Below, piece after piece: positions 6,500 through 16,244 of a stretch of 32,000 nt of DNA; within the stretch, counting starts at the first letter, position 1, and each line of letters begins with the position of its first letter. The DNA is from Pyrobaculum aerophilum str. IM2. GTDB taxonomy: Archaea; Thermoproteota; Thermoprotei; Thermoproteales; Thermoproteaceae. The notes below the pieces were generated by a model. That model saw only the letters and a list, made by a program, of their open reading frames with translations. It did no database searches and was not told the DNA's origin. A program made the position numbers and the translations under genes. The DNA lies in NCBI RefSeq assembly GCF_000007225.1, contig NC_003364.1, positions 870,001-902,000 of the forward strand. Reading direction: 5' to 3'.

Positions 6500-9124
6500 A
6501 TGTATGCCGAAAAGTTTACTGTGGGAAACGCCACATATCGATACTTCCCATTGAAGGCGCTTGAGAGGGAGGGGTACGACATCGCGAGACTGCCTTACTC
6601 CATCCGCGTGTTGCTTGAGAACGTAATGCGGAATTTAGATGGCAGAGATATAACTAGAGAGCATTTAGAAAGGCTTGCCAGGTGGAATCCCAAGTCACCG
6701 GAGGGCGAAGTCGCAATAAAAATATCGAGAGTTGTAATGCAAGACTATACTGGAGTTCCGGCTATTGTGGACTTGGCCACAATGCGGGACATCGCGGCTA
6801 AAATGGGGAAAGACCCCTCTATTATTAACCCGCAAGTGCCGGTGGATCTCATAATTGACCACTCTGTACAAATAGATCACTGGGGATCGCGGGAGGCGTT
6901 AAGGCTGAATTTAGAGCTTGAAATCCAGCGGAATAGAGAGAGGTATAGGTTTTTAAAGTGGGCCCAGCAGGCGTTTAAAAACTTGCGGGTATTCCCGCCG
7001 GGCACCGGCATCATCCATCAAGTTAACTTGGAGTATTTGGCAAAAATAGTTATGACTGACGGGGACTTGGCCTTTTTCGAGACTCTCGTGGGCATGGACA
7101 GCCACACGACTATGATAAACGGCTTGGGCGTGGTGGGCTGGGGCGTCGGCGGCGTGGAGGCCGAGGCGGCGATGTTGGGAGAGCCCATTACGATAAAAGT
7201 GCCTAGGGTAGTGGGCGTTCATTTATACGGCGACCCAAAGCCCGGGGTAACCGCCACAGATATAGTCTTGGCCGTCACCGAGTTCCTCCGCAAGGTGAAC
7301 GTAGTAGACGCCTTTGTTGAATTCTTCGGCGAAGGGGTGAGAAAGCTCTCAGTGCCCGACCGTGCCACTATTGCCAACATGGCGCCTGAATACGGCTCCA
7401 CTACGGGCCTCTTCCCTGTGGATGAAAACACGCTTTCGTACCTCAGGGCCACTGGCAGGCCGGAGGAGCTAATAGCGTTAGTGAGGAAGTATTACGAGCT
7501 ACAGGGAGTTTTCGGAGGCGTTGAGGGCGCGGAGTACAGCCAAGTGGTGGAGTTCGACCTATCCGCAGTGGAGAGAAACGTGGCAGGCCCGACTCTCCCC
7601 TGGCAGAGGAGGACTCTGGCCGAGGCCCCCAGTAGTTTCATCGCGTTTTTACAAGAGCGCAAGAAGAGGAGCAATAGAAAGGCCGTAGTGATAGAAATAG
7701 GCGGCAAGAGGGTGGAGTTCGGCGACGGCGATGTGGTGATCGCGGCTATAACTAGTTGTACGAACACAAGCAACCCCTATCTCCTAGTGGCCGCGGGCTT
7801 GTTGGCCAAAAGGGCTGTGGAATTGGGCATAAGACCCCCGCCGTATGTGAAGACTAGCTTTGCCCCAGGCTCTAGGGCCGTGGCGGAGATCTTAGAGAGG
7901 AGCGGGTTGCAGAAATATTTAGACGAGCTGGGCTTCCACGTAGCCGCCTTTGGATGCACCACGTGTATAGGCAACTCGGGGCCTCTCCCAGAGCCCGTGG
8001 CCAAGGCCATTAAGGAACACGACATCCTCGCCGCGGCTGTCTTGTCGGGTAATAGGAATTTTGAGGCAAGGGTGCATCCAGACGTCCGCGCCGCGTATCT
8101 AGCCTCGCCGCCGCTTGTTGTGGCATACGCCCTGGCGGGCACAGTCTTGAAGAACTTAGAGACGGAGCCCCTGGCTTACGCCAACGGCGGCAGGCCCGTA
8201 TATTTAAGAGACATTTGGCCGACTCCCGACGAGGTGAGGAGAGTAGTGGAGGAGTGGGTTGATCCCAAAGTCTACGTCGAGAAGTACAGCAAAGTCGGAG
8301 AGCTGGTGCCCGAGTGGCAGGCGCTGGAGGCCCCCACCGGTTTGTTATACAAGTGGCGTCCCGACGACACATATATTCAACCCTCTCCTCTATTTGAGGG
8401 GGAGGTGAAAATAGGCGATATCACCGGCGCGAGGCCTCTGTTAATTCTAGGCGATAGCATCACCACGGATCACATATCGCCAGCTGGCAATATAACTCCC
8501 GACAACCCCGCGGGCCAGTACTTAATGTCCCTAGGCGTTAAACCCGCTGACTTTAACACCTTTGGCGCCAGGAGGGGCAACTGGCAAGTTATGGTACGCG
8601 GCACATTCTCAAGCAAGGGCTATAGGAATAAAATCGGCAATTTAGACGGCGGGCTAACAATTAAATTCCCCGAGGGCAAGGTCATGTCGGTATACGACGC
8701 CGCCGAGGCTTACAAGAGAGAGGGCACCCCTGTAATTATAGTCGCCGGGAAGAATTACGGCGCTGGGTCCAGCAGAGACTGGGCTGCTAAGGGCCCAAAG
8801 CTACTGGGCGTCAGAGCAGTTATAGCGGAGAGCTTCGAGAGAATACACCGCTCAAACCTCACCATGGTCGGCATAATACCAATACAACTACCCCCCGGCA
8901 TTACGGTGGACGGGCTGAGACTTGACGGCTCTGAAACAATTGATATTGTCGGCCTTTCAGACGGCATAGCCCCCGGCAAGGAGATAACTCTGAGAATACA
9001 CAGAAGAGATGGAGGCGTGGAGGAGATCAAGGCGCGGCTGGCTATTTATACCTGGGCAGAGGTAGAGTATATAAAACACGGCGGAATTCTTCCCTACGTG
9101 CTCAAGAGGCTACTGCAAAAATAA
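6500..9124 (+). CDS. acnA: Aconitate hydratase (aconitase A / IRP-type)
   Basis: 874 aa with IDHSVQ, ITSCTNTSNP, CTTCIGNSGPL and NFEARVHP motifs. TATA AATACTATATAACT lies about 28 nt upstream. Confidence 0.95.
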   Translation: MYAEKFTVGNATYRYFPLKALEREGYDIARLPYSIRVLLENVMRNLDGRDITREHLERLARWNPKSPEGEVAIKISRVVMQDYTGVPAIVDLATMRDIAAKMGKDPSIINPQVPVDLIIDHSVQIDHWGSREALRLNLELEIQRNRERYRFLKWAQQAFKNLRVFPPGTGIIHQVNLEYLAKIVMTDGDLAFFETLVGMDSHTTMINGLGVVGWGVGGVEAEAAMLGEPITIKVPRVVGVHLYGDPKPGVTATDIVLAVTEFLRKVNVVDAFVEFFGEGVRKLSVPDRATIANMAPEYGSTTGLFPVDENTLSYLRATGRPEELIALVRKYYELQGVFGGVEGAEYSQVVEFDLSAVERNVAGPTLPWQRRTLAEAPSSFIAFLQERKKRSNRKAVVIEIGGKRVEFGDGDVVIAAITSCTNTSNPYLLVAAGLLAKRAVELGIRPPPYVKTSFAPGSRAVAEILERSGLQKYLDELGFHVAAFGCTTCIGNSGPLPEPVAKAIKEHDILAAAVLSGNRNFEARVHPDVRAAYLASPPLVVAYALAGTVLKNLETEPLAYANGGRPVYLRDIWPTPDEVRRVVEEWVDPKVYVEKYSKVGELVPEWQALEAPTGLLYKWRPDDTYIQPSPLFEGEVKIGDITGARPLLILGDSITTDHISPAGNITPDNPAGQYLMSLGVKPADFNTFGARRGNWQVMVRGTFSSKGYRNKIGNLDGGLTIKFPEGKVMSVYDAAEAYKREGTPVIIVAGKNYGAGSSRDWAAKGPKLLGVRAVIAESFERIHRSNLTMVGIIPIQLPPGITVDGLRLDGSETIDIVGLSDGIAPGKEITLRIHRRDGGVEEIKARLAIYTWAEVEYIKHGGILPYVLKRLLQK

Positions 9125-9149
9125 TAAAAACCCCTTTTCCCTTGCCCCC

Positions 9150-9479
9150 ATGCAGAAATTACTACCTCTCCTACTATTCCTCCTCGCGCTGGGACACCTA
9201 GGCATTAACTTTGTCGGATTGCCGCCTCTGCTAGTTCTGGAAAATATAGTGCTGGCGGCGACATACGCCGCATTAGGAGTTGCCCTAATACTACGCAGAT
9301 CTAAAACAACGCTGGGGATTACAGCGCTAGTGGCATCCTTTAACGCCGGCAGAGTGAGCAGGACCATTTGGTCGCCCACAACTGGCGTCGGCGGTTTAGC
9401 CGCAGAACACGCCCCTCTTCTGCTCTACTTAATCATCGTCGCAGTGCTGGCCGTGTATTCGCTACTCAGAGAGAAATAG
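9150..9479 (+). CDS. Small integral membrane protein, 109 aa
   Basis: Three or four hydrophobic segments. ATG at 9150 with AAAATAATAAAAACC about 22 nt upstream. Confidence 0.55.
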   Translation: MQKLLPLLLFLLALGHLGINFVGLPPLLVLENIVLAATYAALGVALILRRSKTTLGITALVASFNAGRVSRTIWSPTTGVGGLAAEHAPLLLYLIIVAVLAVYSLLREK

Positions 9480-9521
9480 CTTGCGCAAAAAATATTAAAT
9501 GATGTTTTAGAGGAGGGTTGC

Positions 9522-10205
9522 ATGAAGTTCCCAATTCTAATCATTAACTTCAAGGCGTATTATGAGGCGTCTGGCCGCCGCGCAGTTCATATAGCCAAAG
9601 CCGCCGAGAGAGTTGCAAAAGAACTCGGCGTGAATATAGCCGTGGCGCCTAACCACCTCGAACTGGCGCTAGTGGCGCAGTCTGTGGAAATACCCGTATA
9701 CGCCCAAGGTGCCGACGTCGAATCTCCAGGCGCGCACACGGCACACGTCGCCGTCGACAACATTAAAGAGGCAGGCGCGTCGGGCCTTATTTTAAACCAC
9801 AGCGAGGCGCCCCTCAGGCTAAACGAAATAGCTAAACTAACTGCCAGGGCTAAAGCCGCTGGGCTTGACGTAGTTATCTGCGCCCCCGATCCGAGGACCA
9901 GCCTTGCCGCCGCCGCCCTAAGCCCGCATGCAGTCGCCGTTGAGCCCCCCGAGCTGATCGGGACCGGGAGGGCTGTCTCCAAGTATAAACCCGAGACTGT
10001 TGTGGAAACTGTCCAGCTAGTGGGGAGGCACTTCCCTGACGTCGCCGTAATAACTGGGGCGGGTATTGAGAGCGGAGAGGACGTTGAAGCCGCGCTTAAA
10101 CTCGGCACGAGGGGAGTGTTGCTGGCAAGCGCAGCCGTGAAGGCAAAAGACCCATATCTTAAGATCTTAGAATTGGCGAAACCGCTCGCGGCGGGGCCGC
10201 CTTAA
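9522..10205 (+). CDS. tpiA: Triosephosphate isomerase (short archaeal type)
   Basis: [10 protein letters not shown]-terminus, LNHSE and [11 protein letters not shown] segments, 227 aa. Confidence 0.9.
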
Positions 10206-10259
10206 GTGTCCGCCGCTCATTTGCCCCCAATTCGGGGGTGAAATCACAGTCGCCCTATT

Positions 10260-10538
10260 TTATAAATTTTTAATGTACTCAACCCACAGCTCGAGATCTC
10301 TTAGATCTATGCGCCGCTTGGCGCCCCCCTCCTCTTCCACATAGGCGTCTGTGAGTTTTACCTCTCCCCCCTGGACAACTCCCCTCACTACAATGCGCCT
10401 TCTCTCGTCTCCGGCCTCAGGGTTTGAGGCGGCATCGCCAATAGTTGGCGTCGTGAAGAAGATCTCCACCACTCCCCCTCTCACCACGACTTCGTAGCCG
10501 CCTTCTCTCAGTTTGAGTATTTTTTCCAGCGGCACCAT
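10260..10538 (-). CDS. Hypothetical protein, 92 aa
   Basis: ATG at 10538. TATA (complement of CCTATAAATTTTT, 10553-10565) lies about 20 nt upstream. Confidence 0.55.
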   Translation of the reverse strand: MVPLEKILKLREGGYEVVVRGGVVEIFFTTPTIGDAASNPEAGDERRRIVVRGVVQGGEVKLTDAYVEEEGGAKRRIDLRDLELWVEYIKNL

Positions 10539-10605
10539 GTATTTACGAATTTCCTATAAATTTTTGGCTAAGCGATGTTTATTAACATTATAAACTTAGT
10601 TGAAT

Positions 10606-10959
10606 ATGCTACCGCCAGCGGTGCTTAGACAGCTGTACGTCCAGGGGAGCTTGACCAATACCCCCGAGGGCGCTGCCTTTAAGTTGAAAAACTCCCTGGC
10701 GCCCGCCACTGTCATCGGCCTTGAAATAGCCGTTGACGGCCAGAAGATCCCCCCCGATAAGATTTATATAATTGCCGCGGGGCAGAAGAGGGCGGCATCT
10801 GAGCTAGCCTCAGCGGGGCAGAAATTCAATGTACGAGACGAGGTAACCATAGTGCTTGGAGGCGTGACGCTGACGCCGGGAGCCCACAAACTGGACATAA
10901 AGGCCAAGACTAAGGAGTGGGGAGAGCTGGCCTTTGACGTCACCGACACGCCGAGATAG
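10606..10959 (+). CDS. Hypothetical protein, about 117 aa
   Basis: ATG at 10606 (the track TTG at 10600 is 2 codons upstream). GTTTATTAACATT lies about 25 nt upstream. Composition is beta-rich. Confidence 0.55.
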   Translation: MLPPAVLRQLYVQGSLTNTPEGAAFKLKNSLAPATVIGLEIAVDGQKIPPDKIYIIAAGQKRAASELASAGQKFNVRDEVTIVLGGVTLTPGAHKLDIKAKTKEWGELAFDVTDTPR

Positions 10960-11566
10960 AGTAAAACCTATTTACAAACTCCTCCAATATTTTTTTCAAC
11001 TCTCCCAGTTCTGGCGCCAACTCGGGCGCGGCCTGAGCGAGGAGTAAAGCGCCTGACAGAGTCCTAATACCCGCTGAGGCGACCTTAACCCCGCCCCACT
11101 CCACAACCACGCTGCCAATCGCCATCGTCCTTCCCTTGTTTTCAGCAACTATTATGGCGTCTGGATAGGGGTACGCCACGTAGGTGAGAGTCAGGGAGTG
11201 GCCGATATAAGGCAAATACGCCTTTTTCACATAGCGCCTCACAGAGAACGGCCCAATCTTATCAACTATCCTCCCCCACTTGACGTTTACTGCGTCTATA
11301 AACTCAACGTGGCTCTTAAGCCACAGCGGTAGGCCCCTCGCCTCTCGCTTATACTCAACGCCAAACACTCTGGAGATCTCCGCCCCGAGCCAGTCGTAAA
11401 GGTCGACATACGGTCTTAACGCCTCCTCCACTTCCTGCGCCGCAACGATCCGCTCGTCGAATTCGCTCCCCACGCGGCCGATGACCGTAGCGGCCTCCCC
11501 CTTGACTATAATAGTCGCCTCTTGGAAATCCCTCCAGGGGGCGCAGAGAGGCACCACGAGTTCCAC
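10940..11566 (-). CDS. Hypothetical protein, about 208 aa; trimmed from the 304-aa track ORF
   Basis: The upper third of the track ORF is antisense to rps6e and has no ATG. A GTG at 11566 sits about 25 nt from the shared A/T box at 11582-11596. Confidence 0.5.
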   Translation of the reverse strand: MELVVPLCAPWRDFQEATIIVKGEAATVIGRVGSEFDERIVAAQEVEEALRPYVDLYDWLGAEISRVFGVEYKREARGLPLWLKSHVEFIDAVNVKWGRIVDKIGPFSVRRYVKKAYLPYIGHSLTLTYVAYPYPDAIIVAENKGRTMAIGSVVVEWGGVKVASAGIRTLSGALLLAQAAPELAPELGELKKILEEFVNRFYSISACR

Positions 11567-11615
11567 GCGTCTCAGAACGAAAATGTTTAAAAAGAGGTGG
11601 GCTCCTAAGCCAACC

Positions 11616-12062
11616 GTGCCAACCTTCAAGCTTGTGCTCTCAGACCCAATGTCGGGGAAGGCAAGGCAGTTTGAGATAAAAGACCCGCTGGCGCAGAGAT
11701 TTATTGGCTTGAAAATAGGCGATGAATTAGACGGCGTTATTCTCAAAGACTTAATTGAATTGCCTAAGGGCGCGAAGATAAGAATTACCGGCGGGAGCGG
11801 CATTGAGGGCGCGCCCATGCACCCAGGCGTTCCCGGGCCCGTGAAAAAATACATATTGGCAGACGGTCCCCCTGGCTACTGGCCGCCCAAGAAGGGGATG
11901 AAAAAGAAAAAGCTCGTCCGGGGCAATACAATATCAGACTCCATTGTACAAATTAACGCCGTGATTGTATATCCAAAGGACTACACGGGTCCCCCCGCAA
12001 TACCCCTGGGCGCGAAGGAGCTGGAAAAAGAGAAGAAGGCCGAGGAGGCTCCCGCGCAGTAG
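11616..12062 (+). CDS. rps6e: 30S ribosomal protein S6e
   Basis: PTFKLVLSDP...GKARQFEIKD...RITGGSGIEGAPMHPGV...KKKKLVRGNTIS is the S6e pattern. GTG at 11616 lies 25 nt after GTTTAAAAAG, which fits a leaderless start. Confidence 0.9.
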   Translation: MPTFKLVLSDPMSGKARQFEIKDPLAQRFIGLKIGDELDGVILKDLIELPKGAKIRITGGSGIEGAPMHPGVPGPVKKYILADGPPGYWPPKKGMKKKKLVRGNTISDSIVQINAVIVYPKDYTGPPAIPLGAKELEKEKKAEEAPAQ

Positions 12063-12305
12063 TTATTTTACAATAGACTTGGCAATTATTAAAGTAGTCG
12101 TGCTTTTAATCTTCGGAAGCTTTCTAATCTTTTCGCTAATAAGCTTTCTCAAATTCTCCGCGGTGTCGGTTGATATTTTCGCCACCAAATCGTACGGCCC
12201 GTAGACTATCATCGCCTCTTTAACCTCCGGCATTTTAACAAGAGCCTCCATGACTTCATCCTCAGCGCCAATCTCTGTGTTTATGAACACAAACGCCTCA
12301 ACCAT
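12063..12305 (-). CDS. Stand-alone Lrp/AsnC-type ligand-binding (RAM) domain protein
   Basis: MVEAFVFINTEIGAEDEVMEALVKMPEVKEAMIVYGPYDLVAKI shows the beta-alpha-beta-beta-alpha-beta RAM pattern. ATG at 12305 with TAAATATTTAAAAAC about 25 nt upstream. Confidence 0.7.
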   Translation of the reverse strand: MVEAFVFINTEIGAEDEVMEALVKMPEVKEAMIVYGPYDLVAKISTDTAENLRKLISEKIRKLPKIKSTTTLIIAKSIVK

Positions 12306-13334
12306 ATTGAGAAGTTGCAAATATGTTTTTAAATATTTACGGACGGCGTTCATTGAAATAAAAACGAAGCCTAAAGCGATGGAGTTTGGAGCTTACGACT
12401 CAGGCTCCCTTAAAGAGATCTCAATAGAGTTAAGGCTTGTAACTGCGTTTGTGGGAGTATACCGCTAAATCCGTTTGCACCGCTGGAGCGTTCTCCACGA
12501 GTAGATGTGTGGGTCGAAATAGTAGTTGCCGTTGTGAGATGTGCACAGGGAGTTCTGGATGTGTTACTCGGCCTTTTCAAAGATATTGGGTTTTAACATT
12601 GTAGTTATGGGCGACGCCGTGTATGATGCAGGCGCTAGTTACAAGCACTTATCCTCTATGGTGAGGTCGCTCCTTGAGATAGGGAGGTCGGGAGGGCGTG
12701 GAAACATCGTTCTGGGGGGCCAGAGGCACATCTTCACGGTGACGCAGTTTACTGGCTAGCCAAGTTCATTTACAGCCAAGCCTCTAAGGGCAGGGGGTTC
12801 CTCATGACAACTAACAGCTATTTATTAGCCGCGCGGTTGGCGCTATTAGCCGCGCGCCCAGGGCCACAAAAGCTAGGCGTGGAGATACATAACGGGAAGC
12901 CGCCCGACAGATTCAAGCTTAGAGCCATCGGCGACGCTTTTATTGAGGAAATCAACATAAGCCAGGGCGAAATCGACATGGACGAAGTTACTGGAGGAGC
13001 TGAACAAGGCCCTTTCCGCCCTCAGAGGGGCTTGTGCGCTGCGAACCAGTTGATAAAGTATAGGCAATTGGCGGGGATTCCACGAGGGATTAGCATGCGG
13101 CGCAATATGCGACTGCGCCTCAGTGGAGTGTAAAACATCTCTGGGGATTGACAGCGATAGAGACAACTGAGTCATTGCATTTCACCGCTCCGGCCCGATA
13201 AAAGCACAAGGTGCGCGTAGTTTTGTGCTACTAGAAGATGAGGGTGCCGGGCGTTACGTAATTCAGTATTACAAGAGGGAGCTACGGGTGGATGTAGAGC
13301 TTAATACCTCCGATTGTCAATCAGCTAAAAGAAG

Positions 13335-13422
13335 TGGTGCGGGGGGTGGGATTTGAACCCACGCAGGCCTACGCCACAGGGTCTTGAGCCCTGCCCCTTT
13401 GGCCTGGCTCGGGCACCCCCGC
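13335..13422 (-). tRNA. tRNA-Leu(CAA), long variable arm, CCA encoded, no intron
   Basis: The reverse complement reads GCGGGGG-TG-CCCGAGCCAGGCCAAAGGGG-CAGGG-CTCAAGA-CCCTG-TGGCGTAGGCCTGCG-TGGGTTCAAATCCCA-CCCCCGC-A-CCA. TATA AACTTTTAAACC lies about 25 nt upstream. Confidence 0.9.
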
Positions 13423-13602
13423 CAATTTTCCCTTTCTCCTAAGGTTTAAAAGTTTATCGCCGTTAAGAATCGCAATGCTTTCAAAATGATCGCGTGTTTC
13501 CGCGTCCCTCTTATACGGCCTTTGTCCGCGCCCAGGGTATTGCGCAATTGCAAGGCTCTGCAGACGGCTGATAGAAAGAGCATTTGATTTAATGGGCGTT
13601 GG

Positions 13603-13640
13603 AAAAAAAGCCCTGAGCCGCCGCGCGCGGGTTGCCGCGC
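13603..13640 (-). terminator. Hairpin plus T7 tract downstream of the aIF5B gene
   Basis: On the minus strand GCGCGG-CAAC-CCGCGC (13625-13640) is followed by TTTTTTT (13603-13609), about 30-65 nt after the stop codon. Confidence 0.4.
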
Positions 13641-13669
13641 CTCCCAGTGTGGCTTGCTGTTTTTTGACG

Positions 13670-15439
13670 TTATTTTCTCCTCGATTTTAAATACTCCTCC
13701 AGGGCTTTTAGTTCGTCCTCGCGGAGGTACTGGCGGTATTGGAAAAGCCACTGACGCGCTTGATCGTCTGGAACGTACACATAAAGGATATCGCCTTCTT
13801 TTATCTGGCGGCCCACGATTACGTCTCCATGGATCGAAATGGCTACCTCGTCTCCCGCCGCGGCCTCATTAATTGCTCTGCCGGTTTTCTGTATCTGCAT
13901 TATCCTCCCCACCTCTCTCCCGTCTTTCACCAGAGTGACTCCTGGTTTTATAGTCCCGGCGAGTACCTTAACTCCCACTATAGCCGGATCGCTGCGCCTG
14001 AAGACAAAGCCCGGCAGTATTTGAATTTTCCCCGGCCTCGTCAGCTGGGACAGTATCTGTTCAATTGTCTTCGTCCTCACCTCTTGAGACCATTTAATAT
14101 ACTCGTCAAATATGCGGTATAGTATCTCCCCCGCGATTATTTTAATGCCAGATGACATAGCCTCTTTTTCGACCTCTGGGGGCGTTTTCACGTTGAAGGC
14201 CAATATGACGCCGTATATGGGGTTTTTCCTCCTGCTCAACACCGCCTCTACTACGTCTTTATGAGTGGGCGGGCCTACGTCGGCTTTTCTCACGGGCACT
14301 CCCTGTTGCCTCAAGAAAAGGACTATGCTCTCAAGAGTGCCGAAGGTATCCGCCCTGACTATAACGCCCTCTTTGTCAGACTCAATTCTTATCTCTGAGA
14401 TCTCCTCTTTTACTAAGTTGCACGCGTTGGGGATCTCCCGGGGGTCCCACACTGCAATTAAAGGCGACCCGGCCACGACGCCCTCTAATCCGTCTGCCAC
14501 AACGCGGACGCCGGCGGCGGCCTTGACCTCCTCTACTGCCATGAATTTATCCTCTGGGTCTCTCATCTCCTCCAGCGGCTTTGGCATAATTAACATCCTC
14601 ACCCTGGCCTCCTTAGGCCCCTCAAGGCTTGCGGTGACTAATACATCCCCCTTCCTCAGCGTCCCGTCGTAAAGAATGACGTCCGCAACAACGCCGAGGC
14701 CTCTCTCTTCCTTTACCTCCATCACAACCCCCTTGGCGGGCCCCTCTCGCACTTGTAGCCTCTCTCTCGGTATAAACCGCTGGCTCACACCTGCCAGGAC
14801 TAATAAGAGGTCGGCGATGCCTTCCCCAGTGACGGCGCTGGTTGGCACTATGGGGACTTGTTTAGAGAAGTCGCGCACTCTGTCGTACCTATCCGCGTCT
14901 ATCCCGTGGCGGGACAGCTCCTCTATTAACTTGCCGATTCTCTCCTCCAGCGTGGCCACGGCGTGCCACTCTTGGTCCTCCACGGCGAAGAGGAAGGGCC
15001 TGTTCTCCACAGACTTCCAGCCGTATATTCTGTCTAACTTATTCGCCGCTATTACAAAGGGCACTCCCCTGCTCTGGATTAATTTTAACGATTCAACTCC
15101 CTGCTCCTCAAGCCCCGAGGTTATGTCGACGACCAGAATCGCCAAATCTGCCACAGAGCCGCCCCTCTTCCGCAAGTTAGAAAAGGCGGCGTGTCCGGGG
15201 GTATCTATAAACAAAAAGCCGGGAATCCATATTCTCCCCCTCAGCCTGAGCCTGTCCACTAGAGGCCCGGCGAATTTCTCCACGGCGCTCCACGGCACAA
15301 AGCTCATGCCTATGTGCTGAGTAATCATCCCGGGCTCCCTGTAAGCCACGGAGGTGCCCCTAATCTTGTCTAACAGAAGCGTCTTCCCCACGTCCACATG
15401 TCCCATCACTACGACGAACGGCGAGCGGACTTGGGACAT
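13670..15439 (-). CDS. infB: Translation initiation factor aIF5B (IF-2 homologue)
   Basis: [13 protein letters not shown] and NKLD GTPase motifs, 589 aa. ATG at 15439 ([20 protein letters not shown]) with ATTATATAC about 25 nt upstream. The 49-aa N-terminal extension in the track is not supported. Confidence 0.92.
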   Translation of the reverse strand: MSQVRSPFVVVMGHVDVGKTLLLDKIRGTSVAYREPGMITQHIGMSFVPWSAVEKFAGPLVDRLRLRGRIWIPGFLFIDTPGHAAFSNLRKRGGSVADLAILVVDITSGLEEQGVESLKLIQSRGVPFVIAANKLDRIYGWKSVENRPFLFAVEDQEWHAVATLEERIGKLIEELSRHGIDADRYDRVRDFSKQVPIVPTSAVTGEGIADLLLVLAGVSQRFIPRERLQVREGPAKGVVMEVKEERGLGVVADVILYDGTLRKGDVLVTASLEGPKEARVRMLIMPKPLEEMRDPEDKFMAVEEVKAAAGVRVVADGLEGVVAGSPLIAVWDPREIPNACNLVKEEISEIRIESDKEGVIVRADTFGTLESIVLFLRQQGVPVRKADVGPPTHKDVVEAVLSRRKNPIYGVILAFNVKTPPEVEKEAMSSGIKIIAGEILYRIFDEYIKWSQEVRTKTIEQILSQLTRPGKIQILPGFVFRRSDPAIVGVKVLAGTIKPGVTLVKDGREVGRIMQIQKTGRAINEAAAGDEVAISIHGDVIVGRQIKEGDILYVYVPDDQARQWLFQYRQYLREDELKALEEYLKSRRK

Positions 15440-15578
15440 AAAAAAAGCTGGGCAGCGGTATATAATCCTTGCCCCACCGCCTGGGTTGTTGAGAAAAAAG
15501 AGGCTTCGCCGAAAATGGTAACCGCACCGAGGCAATGCCGGTAGAGGAGACCAGGGTGTACTCAAAGACCTTAGGCGT

Positions 15579-16198
15579 TTAGTCACTGGGGCAGTTGATG
15601 CTAAGTAATGAGCTTTGTTGTCGGATCGGCTTTCCTCTCCTCCACCGGTCTACGGCGTATTTCAGCGGTTTGAACCGGCGCAGGTCGTCTAGCTGGTCGG
15701 CTAGGAGATCCACACTGCCCCTCTTCGCCCTGCCAGTCAACGCCTTCAATACGGCGGCTTCTATGTCGTTTTTAACAGTTAACCACGCTGTTTCGAAGTA
15801 GTGCGTGGCCGTTGCCTCGCCCCTCTTTTCCCGTTTCTTCGCCAAGTACCACTCCATCTTCAACTGTTTCCTTTCTCCCCCAACCTCGTACTCCGCGATA
15901 ATGCGCAGGCGGCAGTCCTCCCCGGCGCACTGGCTTACCGGCTGGCCGCCCTTAACGAATTCGTACTTCAGATCTACAACGCGGACAATTATATTGCCCT
16001 TGTCGTCGTAAACCGGTAGCGGAAGCTCCACCATCCCCTCCTCCCTCGCAGGCGTAAACGCTTCAATCAGCTTGTTAACGGCGTCATCGCCGTGTCTGCG
16101 CTTCAAAACGTCCTCAAGCTCCCTAATGAAGGGAAGATAGCGGCCGCATTCCGGTGATGCGTCTTGACGTCAATCCTCCCAACTGTTTCCTCAGCCAA
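15579..16198 (-). pseudogene. PaREP2-like protein, apparently interrupted by a +1 frameshift near 16145-16160
   Basis: The main frame (15579-16106) has no ATG and stays open upstream (..SPECGRYLPFIRELEDVL..). A second frame starts at the TTG at 16198, 25 nt from the A/T box (LAEETVGRIDVKTHH..), and joins it naturally. The ..VLKALTGR.. segment recalls PaREP2 N-terminal domains from memory. Confidence 0.35.
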
Positions 16199-16217
16199 GA
16201 AAGGCGGTTCAACAAAA

Positions 16218-16230
16218 GATTAATATGAGG
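16218..16230. promoter_or_regulatory. Shared A/T box (GATTAATATGAGG) between the divergent PaREP2-like and PaREP1 genes
   Basis: It lies about 20-25 nt from both the GTG at 16245 (+) and the TTG at 16198 (-). Confidence 0.4.
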
Positions 16231-16244
16231 CGGCAGGTTATAAC

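Noticed and set aside
6695-9030. Seven minus-strand ORFs (61-121 aa) inside the aconitase gene
   Set aside because: They are antisense shadows of a high-confidence 874-aa gene in GC-rich sequence.
9587-10108. 173-aa minus-strand ORF inside tpiA
   Set aside because: It is an antisense shadow with a Ser/Thr/Ala-rich, non-protein-like translation.
10224-10238. CCCCC-AATTC-GGGGG hairpin between convergent tpiA and the 92-aa gene
   Set aside because: The 5-bp stem is short and has no adjacent T-tract, which is not enough to call a terminator or an RNA.
11567-11854. Upper third of track ORF 10940-11854 (-)
   Set aside because: It is antisense to the well-supported rps6e gene and has no ATG. I trimmed the ORF to the GTG at 11566.
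13486-13571. AUGAUCG ... CUGA as a C/D sRNA
   Set aside because: The boxes are 82 nt apart, no C'/D' lie at 12-nt spacing, and the C box is imperfect.
13446-13751. 101-aa minus-strand ORF between tRNA-Leu and infB
   Set aside because: It spans the infB terminator hairpin and T-tract and overlaps the infB 3' end. The translation is basic and low complexity.
13739-15320. Plus-strand ORFs (61-214 aa) inside infB
   Set aside because: These are antisense shadows of the aIF5B gene.
15440-15586. 49-codon N-terminal extension of infB in the track
   Set aside because: It runs through the TATA box (15461-15470) and a T-tract. The canonical aIF5B N-terminus begins at the ATG at 15439.
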